64,000 nt of DNA. Origin: Phallusia mammillata (taxonomy: Eukaryota). Where the stretch lies: the NCBI GenBank assembly GCA_965637545.1, contig OZ281496.1, forward strand, positions 124,001 to 188,000. The letters are read 5' to 3'. The notes beneath the pieces were generated by a model that saw nothing but the letters and a program-made list of their open reading frames with translations, was not told the origin of the DNA and did no database searches. The stretch's first letter is position 1. Every line of letters starts with the position of its first letter. A program made the translations under genes and the position numbers. Below are positions 1 through 13,270 of this stretch, piece by piece.

Positions 1-2087
1 AGAGAGTAGTTAATTATATTTTAATCTAACAGAAGTGTTATGCGCCCGTTTTAAAATTCAAACTACAGAAGTTTCTGGATAAACGTTGATTAAAACACTT
101 GTATGGTGGAGAAACATAGATACGCTTAAACCTTATCACCCTGATAGTAGAGAGGAACTTTCTATAAGTTGCTTATATTTGTTGCGTCGTGAGAAACAAA
201 CCCGAACCTCTACTGCGAGGTTTACGTCATTATAAAAGAGAGATGGGTGGAAAAGACGCCGCGTGCGTCGTGTGTAAAGCGCTGTTAAAACGCACGTGAC
301 CGATTGCATCATGCGCACGATGGTTAGCTTGTGTGACGTCACATTCTGCGCCCGAGATGTTCAATTCTATGCAACACAAAAGAGAGAAAGGTTTCACGAC
401 TTAGGTCAATAAAACAACCACAGTGACGTCATCTCCACTGACGGGGACTAAATCCGAACTTTGCGCGCCGTTACCATAGCAACCCGATAATCGCGTTGAA
501 ATAGTGAATTGATTCTGCGATCAATCGCTGTCTATATTTTTCATTGCGCTTCTGTCAGTGAGTTTTATTTTAGCTGAAGATTTTAGGTTTCGCAATATAA
601 AGAACGTCATTCAATCGTGTAAGTTTGAACATCGTTTTAGTATTTTGCACTTAGCAAGAAGTTGCAATCAGTACCTTGGTGTAAGTTCGCTTATAATTAT
701 ACAATATAATTTACCCTATTGTTACATCACAACGATAACGCCTCCATGTTTTCGGGCCAACCGCTATATCCAGATAATAATCAGGTCAATTATGCGTCCT
801 CCAAAATTTGTGGCAACCAACGAAAGTGAATGTATAAAAGCAAAAACAACTTCATTGCTGCTTATGCGTGAGCTTGCGCGTGTATGTTAATATACAACTA
901 AGCACTCAGTATCGATACTTGCTGGAAAATGTGGTATCGTTCCATCACTTTCGTTGTTACGATGCAAATGTTCTTATATTTGGACGTGCAACTTACCAGA
1001 GTCACGTCACAAGTTGTCGTGATATCACAATACGCTTGTGACGTAATCAACGCAGTGGACACTGGTTAGTGGCGGAAAAGTCTCGTTGTTCTGGGGAGAA
1101 ATATTAACTAATTTTAAGTGTTCAATTATGCATTGCAGTTTCGACAGGTAATTTGCGCAAATAGGTGGCCGCTATAATTCGATTCGCCGTTTCTATCACA
1201 AGGAAATCAATGTGACAATGAAATGAGTAGCGCTAAATGGGTTTTCCCCATGCGTTGTTTAAAAACAATTAGAATTTCGCGCGGCTTTGAGCAGCATTGG
1301 AACTTCAACATTGTAGGAGAGTGAAAAGCACAGTAATGTTGTTGCGAAGATTGCCGCTACCCGGCTGTTGCGACGCCAACCACGTGACAAACACGCGTTT
1401 GTGAACTAAATTATGCGAATACAGTTAAATATTTGTTAACAACAAACGCATATTGTTACCTCACAAAAGTTAGTTTGGCACTTCAACCTTTATACCCGGA
1501 TACCTACGATAATTAACGCGTTGGAGCAGCTTCTTGAAAGTTTCTGGCATGTTAGGACACCGTTATCAACAAGCTAAACTTTTAATACTAGTAATTCGTT
1601 GCATACAACTTACTGAGTAAATGGAATACACGTATAAAACGTAACAAACGACTTTGAAACGTAGTAAGGGATTATTAGAACATCTAGGCCAGACACGAGT
1701 GCGCCTTTAAAAATTAAATCATTTTTGTCAAGAGTTAATGCAATAAAAACTACATTTAAGTTGGGACTGCATCAGCTGCTATGGATGCCAATACAGACAA
1801 CGCACGGCGACGTATGTGATTTGCGAAGTGAGGTTTTCCCCTGTTCGCCGATGTTGGCAAGTTAGCGACTTAGCGTATCTGGTCCTTTTTTGCAAAGTGC
1901 ACTATGCTTACCGCGCGCAAACATGTGTTCATTGGCAATAGTAGCAAAAAAATGTTGTATCCATGGCGGCATATAATGCGGCAAGCCGAAAGCAGTCCGC
2001 CCTATCGGTATTAAGCAATATTTTGCTGCCGCAAGTTTCGGTGTTAGTGTATTTGCCACAAACAACGATTGTTTACATTCTCTGTAG

Positions 2088-5000
2088 TGCCACCTAGCGG
2101 ACCTTTCATCGACAACATGTTGGATGACGGGGTAACAGTGAATGCAGTGGCGGATCGAAATAACACATTCACATGTCGAGCTTATGGAGGAAAACCTGCA
2201 GCAAAACTTACTTGGTATAAAGGTAAAAGATTTTACGATTGTTTATGTCACAATACACATCTAATGTGTGTGATGTTGCTGCGAGTCATAATGTAACGCA
2301 GGGGTGTCAAACTCGTGGGGTTCGGGGGCCATATTGCAGTTCGGAAATTATGCCGAGGGCCGCATGTGATTTTTAATGTAGTTTTATACACTTAAACAAC
2401 CTTTTCGCTACTACGGCCGCATCGCAGATCCTTATTTCACCAACAGCCACCAATTACCTGCTGGTTTTTATTTTAAAATTACAGATCTAAAGAAATAGGT
2501 TTATATCACATATATATCATCTATTGGCGCCCCAAAAGCCCAGATTACTTTTCAACTTGATGCACAGTGTGAAGATCAGTTTTAATTGTTTGTTACGTCA
2601 TAATCTATATCAGGGCTACTCAATTAGTTTTGTCATAGGCCCAGATACAAAAGATAAAAATCAACGAGGGCCGGACACATCTGTCAGTAATGCAAATGTC
2701 TTAGCCATTTTTGGTTTTAACTAATCGCGGTCCAACTTAAACACATTTGTTCAAGCTGAATGTATGTCGGCAAAACAAAAGCTTGTATCAGGCACTAAAC
2801 GTTAACTTACTCTTTGCGAAAGTATATTGGCACAACATACAAAACACATTTTATCTAGTTTTGTAGGATCACAATGATTCAAAACTAAGTTTATTACGTC
2901 ACAGATAAAATTATGCGTAAGATTTTGGAAAGGCTTTTCGGGATAGCCTAGCTGTCGTAATCCCCCAAAAAATCGCGATGCGGACCCCAGTTTAAAAACT
3001 GCTGCTACATTTTAAAGATTAAGTAATTAACACACAATTGATAGTGTATGTAGCCGTAATCAAAAGACCGTCGAGGTCCACATCCAACGCCTCAAAGGTC
3101 CGGATGTGGACCGCGGTCCGCCATTTGATTACCCCTGATCTATATTGTGACGCTTGTGGTTCCCGTTTTTTCGCATTGTTTGCACACAAAAGGCCAACAA
3201 AATGTCTGACGCATATGTCTACTAGGCTGGTAATACTCTTTCCAGTCCCACAAAATCTGTTTAGAGCAGTTTAAAAATTAAAACTTTTTGGCAAAATAGT
3301 TTTAATTGCGTCACGACCGCCAGTACCTATATTTCTTCACGGCCGCAAAAATATCTGATACAATTGTTGTTGAGTGTTTGTGGGCAGCATTGGAGGGCTT
3401 TGTGGGCCGCATGCGGCCCGCGGGCCGTGAGTTTGACACCCCTGATGTAACGTATTTACTCGATTAAAAGAGTTATGCGCTCCCAGCAAAGTGTACACAT
3501 ATGCATTATTCCGCTTTATAAGTTTTGTGCGCATTTGTTAAACTTTTGACTTTTTGTCACTCGTGCGTAGTAAGTAGGAGATAGAACAAACCAACGCACA
3601 ATATTTGTTATCTCGATGCGCAGAAAGACGTCACAATGACGTCATAATAGACGTCAACCAATCCCTGTGTAAATGGGTTTTACTTGTTTTGCAACAATGA
3701 CAATTTTTCAGATGGAACCGAAATTATCGACAACGTGGAAAACCTTATCTCTGCTCCAGTCAAAAAACTCTATGACACTAGCTCCACCATGCGGATGACA
3801 CCATCAGCTGATGACGTCAATTCCACGTTTGCTTGCATCATGACAAGTGACGTCATGGACGGGATAAAATCGCTTCTGATGAAATTGAATATTCAAAGTG
3901 AGTTAAAAAAATTCAGACAAATAAAATAGAAATCGTAGCCAACAAATATGATGTTTGTGTCGATATCGGAACTGAACTATTTTTCTTGTTTCGAAACCCG
4001 ATATTTTTTTAGGAACTCCGATTGTGTTCGTCTCTCTGCCGCCCTCTATTGATGCGGGTGATGACGTCAGAGCGAAATGTCGAGCTACTGCCAAACTCCC
4101 TGTTGCGTCATACAGGTAAACGTCATCAAATACAGGGAATTCACCGACTTCTTGAAATAGATTCGCATAATTTGACGAAGAAGCACTTTTCTGATGTGTT
4201 GAAGTTGAACAACGAGTTAACACTGCCAACTTTACTCCAGGTGGTTTGTTGATGACCTGGTCCAGTCAGATGAACTTTCACCTACTTTTGACATCGAAAA
4301 CGTAGACAGGAGTTGGCATCACGTGATGTTGGGATGCCAGGCTCGTAATGAGGCGGGATTCTCCAAAGTCAGCCAAGTTCAAATCCAAGTCAAATGTAAG
4401 TAGAATGTGGTGAAATCCCTTAAACTGCACACAACACTTAACTTTGCAGATCCCCCGGTGTTTGTGAGGGGAACTCCCGACCAAACAGCTGAAATCAACG
4501 ACAACGTGACGCTGAGATGTGAGTGGGATTCGAACCCCCAATCTTTGGTTCGTTGGGTGAAAGTTGGCAGTGATGAGATTTACGGAACCGGAAGTTCGTT
4601 GTTTCTCACGGGAATCCAACAGGAAGACGCGGGAAGTTATAATTGCAAAGCAACGGCTGATGGGGTAAGTGTATTATTAACTGTGATATCAGAGCTTTAT
4701 AAACGTCTGAACAATTATAAAGCATGCCGCTTTTTACGTCTTTTTGTGCCTTTAATTTTGTCATTTTCATCATAAGAACAGATCCGTCTGTAGCGTTCCA
4801 AAGAACCTTATATATGGTCAACAATAATTCAAAAGCGCACAATTTTATACATACGTTCTTATCGCTGACGTTTTGCAAACACCACTGTGTCGAAGTGAGC
4901 TTAACAAAATGAAATTTTGTTTTAATTTGAGATTGGTGACAACCATGCCACGATCAAGTTGCACGTTAGGGGACCTCCCGTATTTTCGAGCCCTTCCACT

Positions 5001-7750
5001 CAACAAGCGACAGTAGGTGAAGATTCGGTGATAAGTTGTGAGCTGGCCAGTGTTCCGGGAATACAAGAAGTGGTAAGTTAACTAACCAATTTAAATGAGC
5101 AGGAATGGTAACTAGTCGATATTAGTACTGGTACAATTGGTAAAACTATTTGTTCATTCTTGCAGACTTGGACTTGGACGAATGGTGACACCACCTTCAA
5201 GTTGCATGGCAACGACACACTGACGTCATCGGGTGACGTAATCGAGCAGGAAGGTGACGTCAAATATCGCGGACTGTTCAGTGCCGGGGGAAAGTCAGCG
5301 TCTCTCCACGTGTTTGGCACAAACCAGCATGATCTTCACACCTATTCGTGCGAGGTTGCCAATGGTTACGGCGCCAATTCAATCGAAATCGTACTTGAAG
5401 AAGGTGGTTAGTGGCTAAAAAATACTCGATTTGTTCCGTGTAAAAAATGCCTTAAAAATGTGTTTGTCAGTCTGGCATAATGGCATGAACATTTATCGTT
5501 TAAATAAAGCATGTCGCTTTTTACGTCTATTTGGCCCGTTATGTTCGTCATTAAAATTATGAATAGATCCGTGTATAGTCAGAGCCAGGTCTAGTTTAGA
5601 ATTAAACTTATCATGACGTTTTGTGTTTTACGCTAAAAATTGCTTTGTGTTTTGATGTAACCATAGTTACAAGGTTTGAAACGATATTATGTGAAACTTA
5701 ATGTAATTTGCCACACATGCAAACTAAACGAATATGTTTTGGTTTTCAGGCAGCGCAGAAAGTGGAGAAGTTTTAATGTTGGTTGCAGGGATCGCTGCAG
5801 CCGTTGGCGGGATTCTATTATTCGTTATAATAGCAATTGTGTGCGTGCATTGTGTGAAGTCGAGGAGACAAAGAAAATCGACAACTTTTGACGAAGAGGG
5901 GTCAAAGGTGAGTTTCTATGTGCAGACAGAGATAGGACGGGTAGGACGTTCATCTGACTCATATACAAACATTTAAACCTGATCGGGATTCGTATTTGGA
6001 ACGGCATGGGTTCGAACCCCGTGAAAACATGCGTATACAGACATTTAAACCTGATCGGGATTCGAGCGTTCTGGGTTCGAATTCCGTGATTTTTATGGGG
6101 CATAAGCTCGTGTACTAACCATGTACAGCTGTTATTTTCTGGTTTAGGGCTGGGTTAAGTTTAAGCTACAACTTACACTCATGGATTGTATTTGTGAAGG
6201 GTCCTGATTTCTGTCATAGGGCAGTGGCCAATGGTTCATCCATTTCTAGTCATTAAACATTTTGTTCAGGCAATTTGCTAATATTGTGTTTGATTTAAAG
6301 CCCTGAATGTAGTTTACTTACTTTGCGATTTCGGGAAAGATTTAACGTGAAATTGTGTAATTTGTTTCAGAAATCAAAGCAGCAAAGCCGGATGTACAGC
6401 GATGAAGAGATGGTGCCAATCAACCATGACGAGTTCAACGTGAGGTTATCGCGCTCGTCACAAGTGGGCGGCGGAGAGTCGTCGGTGGATGGAATTGACG
6501 CCACCAAGCCGACGCCCACTTCCGGTCAGGGCGACGGCTATCACATAGAAGGTAAGTGAAAAAATCAGGCAAAATCTGTTAAATTTACTTAACTGAGAAC
6601 GTAACAGAATCAATATTTTGCCTAACTGGCACCAGCAGCAGTACCTTATTCATACAGAAAACTTAAGCATAGTTTAAACCAGAGGTGGGCAACCTTTTAA
6701 GCGATGCATGTCACTTTATTTGTTATTTCCATTTGCTGCACTCGTGTGTCAACGTTTTTCTAAAATTTAGAATCTAAATAATAGTGGTTCGTGCCAGCAG
6801 ATATCAATAATAAAGAGAAAGCTGAGTGTTTTGTGCATGTAAGTCTGAATTTTAAGACAATGACATGATAAAAACTATAAACAAGCAGTGTAACAGGTTA
6901 AATTGTTACTTCAATATAAACACGCAAATCGGTTGGCGTGCCATGAAAAACCACCTCGCGTGCCAACCTTAGGAGATACGTTTTGAAGGCAAAACCTTCC
7001 CAACTATACACAGCTGTCGTGTTGCCTGCTGCACCTACTGGACCTAGTGCATTTAAATAACAAGTTTTTGGGGCGTAAATTTTAATTAAATACAGTTTAT
7101 TTTCATTACAAAAACTGCTGACTTATAGTTTTGATCGAAAATCTCGTGATAATATTTTTCTTCAAGCAGAAGCCCATTCATGGAGTCGGACTGATCAACC
7201 TGGAAAAGGGTCATCCTCATCAACTTCCCCCACCAAGAGCTCCTCGCTCATCAACGGGTATCATCCCAGGTACTCCATGCATCCGCATCAGGAGGAAGAA
7301 CCGATGGAGTCAAATTATCCACCGACAGCATATAACGACCAATACCACACGATGCCGCCAACACGCTTCAACAGCGCAAGGTTTCAGACGCTCCAGCACG
7401 TGGTGTTTATGCGATCCAACCTTTGGAGTTTTACCCGGCGCTACTCTGACCCGCATTCGGGCTTCGGGCCGTCGCCAAACTTCGGCGGGAATCGAACCAC
7501 TCCACTCCCGTCAACAATCACCGGCAACGAGCTCTTCTACCAGCATCCAGGGGCGGGAGGTTCTTCACAATCCTCTCTTGGCAGAATCGAGCGAGGTTCA
7601 GCTTTGACCGCAAGCGCCGTTGCAGCACGAGCAATCGATCCTTACGAAAACTCTGCACGCATGAGTAACCTTTCGTCACGCCTCAGTCAATCTTCAAGGT
7701 CATCAGACTTCTTGCGACCTCTACAAGCGCGGATGGCCACGCACGTGTGA
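2088..7750 (+). CDS. KIRREL: Kin of IRRE / NEPH-family Ig-superfamily adhesion receptor, 5'-partial (Ig2-Ig5, TM, cytoplasmic tail; about 699 codons in window)
   Basis: In-frame GT-AG exons: 2088-2222, 3712-3897, 4013-4115, 4241-4395, 4450-4664, 4932-5072, 5166-5406, 5750-5907, 6371-6551, 7167-7750. Ig motifs include FTCRAYGGKPAAKLTWYKDG, VTLRCEWDSNP...DAGSYNCKA and YSCEVANGYG. TM segment is LVAGIAAAVGGILLFVIIAIVCV. The C-terminus RMATHV matches the RMQTHV PDZ-binding end of vertebrate KIRRELs. Signal peptide and Ig1 were not found in 1-2087. Confidence 0.88.
2299..3444. mobile_element. Non-autonomous hAT DNA transposon (outer element) in KIRREL intron
   Basis: Perfect 16-bp TIR CAGGGGTGTCAAACTC (2299-2314) / GAGTTTGACACCCCTG (3429-3444), with perfect 8-bp TSD ATGTAACG at 2291-2298 and 3445-3452. 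Confidence 0.92.
2611..3137. mobile_element. Non-autonomous hAT element nested inside 2299-3444
   Basis: Imperfect TIRs CAGGGCTACTCAA / TTGATTACCCCTG, with perfect 8-bp TSD ATCTATAT at 2603-2610 and 3138-3145. Confidence 0.88.
4721..5580 (+). repeat. Two diverged copies of an intronic repeat (about 4721-4795 and 5509-5580)
   Basis: Both read GCATG(C/T)CGCTTTTTACGTCT...GTCATT...AGATCCGT, in neighbouring KIRREL introns. Confidence 0.6.
5968..6090 (+). repeat. Short local duplication with tRNA B-box-like motifs (possible SINE remnant)
   Basis: ACATTTAAACCTGATCGGGATTCG occurs twice, each followed by GGGTTCGAACCCC or GGGTTCGAATTCC. Confidence 0.5.
6680..6970 (+). mobile_element. hAT MITE fragment, same family as 21459-21695
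   Basis: 5' end CAGAGGTGGGCAACCTTTTAAGC. It shares a long internal block (TTTTAAGACAATGAC...AAACAAGCAGTGTAACAGGTTAAATTGTTACT...GGTTGGCGTGCCATGAAAA) with 21459-21695. The 3' TIR is missing. Confidence 0.75.
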
Positions 7751-8181
7751 GCAGACTTTGCATGCCCCTGCAAATCAGCTTCGTCGTTCCCAATCAGCAG
7801 TCGAAGATCCGATCCGATGAGAGGAAAGTGAATTGTGAAAAATGTTTTTCCCATTGTTTTGTAATAATCATGTTCGCTATGTAGCAAAGCTATTGGATTG
7901 TGACTGAATTTTATGTAGATTGGTTTGAGAAAAGCTTAACAAGTGAAATTACACACAGAAAGACATAGATGACTTTTTGACAATTGTGTTGCATTAAGTG
8001 CCTTTGATGGTTTTGGCCACTTGGTCGAAAATTTGTTTGGTTCTTTTTCATTTTTTTGATTACTTAGTTGCTGCGTAGAATTTGTTTTTCTTTTTACTCG
8101 TTCATTTGTTTGAAAGCTCATTTTGTGCCGTGTAATGCTTTGCACTATGACTCAGCTTTTTTTGCTCTACGTACAAAACCA

Positions 8182-8187
8182 AATAAA
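8182..8187 (+). promoter_or_regulatory. Candidate polyadenylation signal for KIRREL
   Basis: AATAAA about 430 nt after the stop codon, following a T-rich 3' UTR. Confidence 0.45.
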
Positions 8188-11100
8188 CCGCTGTGCCATG
8201 TTGCTGATGACGTACAATGTTGAAAAAAACATAAAAATCACCGATCGTGCAACCCTGTCACTTGCGGCGCTAGAAGCGTAATTTGCACCGAAACCGAAAA
8301 AAGCAAATCACTAGAAACCTGTTCCGTTTTAAATCATAGCAAACGAACCATTATGATCTTTATGTCCCTATTATTCGATGGGCTCCCCTGTTTTGGTTGG
8401 TTGATTAATTATTAACTGTCAATTTGCTTCGTTAATGACGTTTCGTTTCAATTTCGTTTTTATTTTTCTGCACAAACCTTCTTTAATAAAAACACTGTAA
8501 CAGATATTTGTCTCGAGGAAAAACAAACAGTCCAGAACTTCATCACGTTTTCAAAACTCAACTTTCCACTGCAGAGTGTAGCAGAATGTCAGAGGAAAAG
8601 TAAAACACGATTATAAATGTGCTTTGCTACGACGGAGATATGTATTGTAGCTTTGTTTGTTTCATTTTTATCCACGGTGGGTGTGGGCAACGCCTGAATG
8701 TGTTAATGCTCAGCCGTCGAGTTGCCTGTTTTTATTGCAAGTCTGTTGATCATTTTTTATTTGATTTATTTGGGTTCAGGCAGTTAAATCCAACCCGGGT
8801 GGGATGGGTTGGAGCAATGCCGCTGAAGTTTCATGCTCAGGGTAACACAAGTAACCGAGATAGGATTACAACCCATGGCCTTGTGATCAAAAGGCGGTTG
8901 CACTAACCACTCGGACAATTTGGCGAATTGAGTCGTTCCGATAGAGAAGCATGAGTTTTTGACAACCAGAGTCGATTCGAGTCGTCTAATGGCGTCCAGC
9001 GTATTACGACGCAACAAACGCCACTTGACTAGGTTGTTTGAACTAGTATTAAATCATTTGAAACACAACAACATAATTGGTTCTACACATCAAAGTAATC
9101 AATTGCAACAAGATAAAGTGGCAAATTATACATTCACAAGTCACTAACAGAACGCAATGGGCTTGAACTTGAACAGACAAACTGGGTCAGAACGTTCTTT
9201 GTGCCATTCGCTTGATCTTAAACTTTTTTTGAAGTTCAAATATATCAAACTTATGTTACAAGACACAGAACACAGACGTTGTGGACCAAACAATATTGTA
9301 AACATTTGGGAGTTTTTATGAATGCCAGTCAACAGTAAAACAACTATAATATTTCATAAACCTGGTTTATGCTGTTTCGCGTTCTGTTCCAAGGTTTGCA
9401 CCAAACAAGTACAAGTTTCGTCCGAGCGAGGCTCTGTTAGCAAACACAATTGTTTGTCGGAGACTTGGTGAACTAGAAAACAAGATGTAAATCAAGTTAT
9501 TCTTCAATTTACGACAACTTTAAACGTTACGTTAATCTCTGTTTACATGGAAACAATCCTCTAAACAACTTGATACTGTTTATACTCCCACAAAACTTAT
9601 GGTGAGAAACGGTATGTATTTGGGTAAAATAACACGTTAAGTCTTCAATTGTTATGTTGAGAATAGCGTGCATGTCGTAAAGGTTTAATGTCGCTCATAT
9701 TATTGTGGCAAAATTGACGGTGGATAACGAAAAGGGTAAAGTCGAGAAATTAACCTACATTGTTTCCTTTCATCAGCTCCCTTGTCATCTTGTGATGGAA
9801 AGCAAATTAATCCATGTTTGAATCGTAGATGTCTTTAAACTTTAGCGACAGTTTCCAAACTGGTATCAACCCTCTTTAGTTGTTATATTGATGACGTTTG
9901 ACGCAGCAGTTTTTCCGCAACAAATATTTCCTATCCAAGTACGATAGTTAATGGAAACGCAGATTATTCATATGAACTGCAAAAATATCTGTAAGACAAA
10001 AAATTATAATCTTGTCAAAAAAAGTTACAAGGTCTGATGAGAAAGTCTGCAATCATAAACCCCATACAATCATGCAGCGGTTTTCAAACCCGGTATCATT
10101 ACTTAAAGAATTGCAACGCTTAACAATATTTGGTTGCATATGGACACCCGGATGTTGATTAACCTGATTCGAGACCGGTTTGAACCCGAAAAACTTTTTC
10201 GCGACTTACAACGACTTAGTTTAAACACGCGAGCATTTGCACTTATATAAGTTATAGTTTGTAAGAGAATTATTTGTGATTTATTTGATTTAAAGAGATT
10301 TGATTTGATTTGGGGAGATACAAAACGCAAACCTTCGTTATAAATTTTACAGACGCATATCTACGAAGTTATTTACCTGCATAGCAAAGAGAAAAGATGT
10401 CTAAAATTTCCTTGCTCTGCAAGCACTTACTTGTGAAAAAAACGGTTTAAGAATTATTTTCGCTGTGTTTGACTTCCTGAATCAGCCGAATGGCAATGAA
10501 ACTGTTTGAGTAGGCTGCCTTGTAGCAAACTCTCTGGTTAAAAACTCCCAGTTTTATCCTTTCTAACTTAACTTACAATTGGCTAGTAACTCTTAACTAT
10601 CTCAAATAGACTGGTGACCAAAACTCGTCCATTTACTAAGCAAGGCTTGTAGGCAATCAACAAGGCGACGCTTTGTGCTTTTCTGGAGCAAATGCCTCAA
10701 GCATCGAACAAACAGCAAGGTAGTTTACAGTTGTATGAAGTAAATGTATGTAGGCTAACCTTTATCAATGATGGATTGAATACAAGTTACCCTGATTAGA
10801 TTGGGGGCCGCACCGAGACAGGTTGCCAATACTGCGTTGCATTGCTAGAGCACAGAAAAAATAGCACCGGACACATTGATCTGCTCAAAGTGGAAAAGTT
10901 TAGCGTTCCAAGTGGAAAAGTTTAAACTTTAACAAAAATCAAAAGTTATTGCGAGACACAGGGCACGAGTTGCTGAAATTTGTACAAGTGTATTTTATTT
11001 CATCTACCGGGTAGGCCTACACACAAACACCAGTTAACTTCCTCCTTGAGAATTTGGATTCAAAGCACGATTTTAACCGTGAAGTATAGAGTTTCATTTT

Positions 11101-11191
11101 TTGTTTTTCCGCTTCGACCCTACTACCGCATTAACTTTTCTGTGCTGAAAACAAAATTAGACCCGTTGAAAAAAGTTCTAAACTAACTAAA

Positions 11192-11290
11192 GGCCCGTTT
11201 ACACTGTGCTTAGCGGCGCCTAACCTAACCTTACCTTGCGACCCCTTCCGTTTACACTACGATTTTCGGTGCGTACCTAAGTGTACTAAA
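11192..11290 (+). mobile_element. Possible PIF/Harbinger-type MITE end
   Basis: Starts GGCCCGTTTACACT after TAAA, with an internal CCGTTTACACT repeat. No partner TIR is seen before the gap. Confidence 0.4.
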
Positions 11291-11479
11291 TAACATACCC
11301 GATGTCATTTTTAGCTCACAGTGACTGTCGATGGCCATAAATCACCAGATAAATTTATTGTTACCTATTTTAGATTCGAAAAAGCTTTGTATGAATCTAA
11401 ATTAAATGATATTTTTGTCAGTAAACATGATTTTGCATCTCGTTAATCATACAGGATTGTTTAGGATGTTGTTGTATAG

Positions 11480-11679
11480 NNNNNNNNNNNNNNNNNNNNN
11501 NNNNNNNNNNNNNNNNNNNNNNNNNNNNNNNNNNNNNNNNNNNNNNNNNNNNNNNNNNNNNNNNNNNNNNNNNNNNNNNNNNNNNNNNNNNNNNNNNNNN
11601 NNNNNNNNNNNNNNNNNNNNNNNNNNNNNNNNNNNNNNNNNNNNNNNNNNNNNNNNNNNNNNNNNNNNNNNNNNNNNNN
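11480..11679. other. Assembly gap (200 N)
   Basis: A run of exactly 200 N, typical of a scaffolding placeholder; the true length is unknown. Confidence 0.99.
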
Positions 11680-13270
11680 TTTAGTGACAGTCAGGATATT
11701 GCTGATAGTATTCAGGCTTTTTTGTTGCTTATAATGCAACGTTTGTTAATTTGTTTTACCAAGTGACGAAATATGTAAATTCGGATTATGTTGTTCAGTT
11801 CCGACCAATATAACATTAACACGGAAACATTTGTGAAATAAACTGTTTGTGTGTTACAATTGGAAAGTGTGACATAACATGCGAACAAAGGCAGTTATTG
11901 TTTCATAACTAGCAATTGTTGTGTAAGAACAACCTGTTTGTGTTGTATAAGTCGTACAGAATTCTGTATGTAACTGGATTTCTAACGATGTTACACAGAA
12001 CTGGATGTTAAGTTGTTAACAGTGCTTGGCAAACATTAACGACCTATTTTCGTTTCGCACGCTTTACATTGTGAGTTTGTGTTTGTGACGACATAAACCC
12101 AATTGTCGACGTTACACTATTTCAATTATTCTCTCTTCATTCTTAGTTTATGTGGAATATTTATTAAAGTGGACTTTATATTAGACTAGTTATAGCCTAT
12201 CCTTATGCCTTACGCAATACTCCCTTTTTTGTATACGTTAGTTTTCGTTAACAATTTAGTTGTGTAACAGTAATGTGTAGTTTTTACATAAATTGTGGCG
12301 TAAGTTGTTGATTTTCGTGTTCGATTTTTGAGTGCTGGACTAAAAAGCACAGAAAAGAATTTACAGACGCGTTTTTTTGCTGTCAAACGGTAAAAGCGTA
12401 TGTTAAAAACCTTTGTGAGTCAGTTAAAATATGTTTGTTCGACAAAAACTGGAACATTTCGATGCTGTGCGGTTTTGTCAGAACGTGAAGCAAAAGTTTT
12501 GTCAACCAAACAAGTTAATCGGTTTGCAAAGCTATTTTAAGGCTGGCTTAGCACGGAATAACCACCAACATGCAGGCACGGTGTGACAGTGACGTCATAG
12601 ACCAATTTGTTGAAAAGTTTCAATTGTTTCGTCACAGTTGTGGAACTTGTGTGTTTGCGACTTTCACCACTGAAACAGATCGTGAATTGAGACCAGTGCG
12701 AATAAGTTTTATTGTTGCCAGAAATCAATTCCATCTTAACTTAAATTGGTGATATTTCAAGTTGGACGTTGAACATAAAACGCGCCAAAGCGCTTTAAAC
12801 GTAACAAAGCGTTTCATGTGTTACATCACAACGGCACAAGACGCAGTGTGTCGCATTTGATTAACAGATTTATAAAATTTAGTTGTAAGCGAAAGTTCTT
12901 GCCCGACTTAACAAGTTTGATTCAGGCAGAGTGAAATGATGAATGGCACAGCTGAGAAGTCGTGCCAAACACACTTAAGGGTCTCGGATACAATCAATTA
13001 GGTTGCCAGCTCCGTCCAAACTTGTCCCAGGGGGGAAAACATATCATTTAGTTGTTCCCCACGGATCCGATATAAACAACGAATTTCCGTCACTCAAATT
13101 GTGCATTGTTATGTCACTGTTAATGTTGTTACGGGATAAAGCTGTTATTGTAGATTTCGAATGTAAATTGTATTTTCTATGTTACGTCACAGTTTGTAGG
13201 CTTTTTGTGGCATTACACTTTTGACGTCACTATTGATGTGATTGTGACGTCATGAGCAAGGGATAATAAG

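Noticed and set aside
1-2087. Search for the KIRREL signal peptide and Ig1 exons
   Set aside because: No frame gave Ig1 motifs with usable splice sites; these exons probably lie upstream of the window.
11406-11739. ORFs containing X runs
   Set aside because: Artefacts of translating through the N gap.
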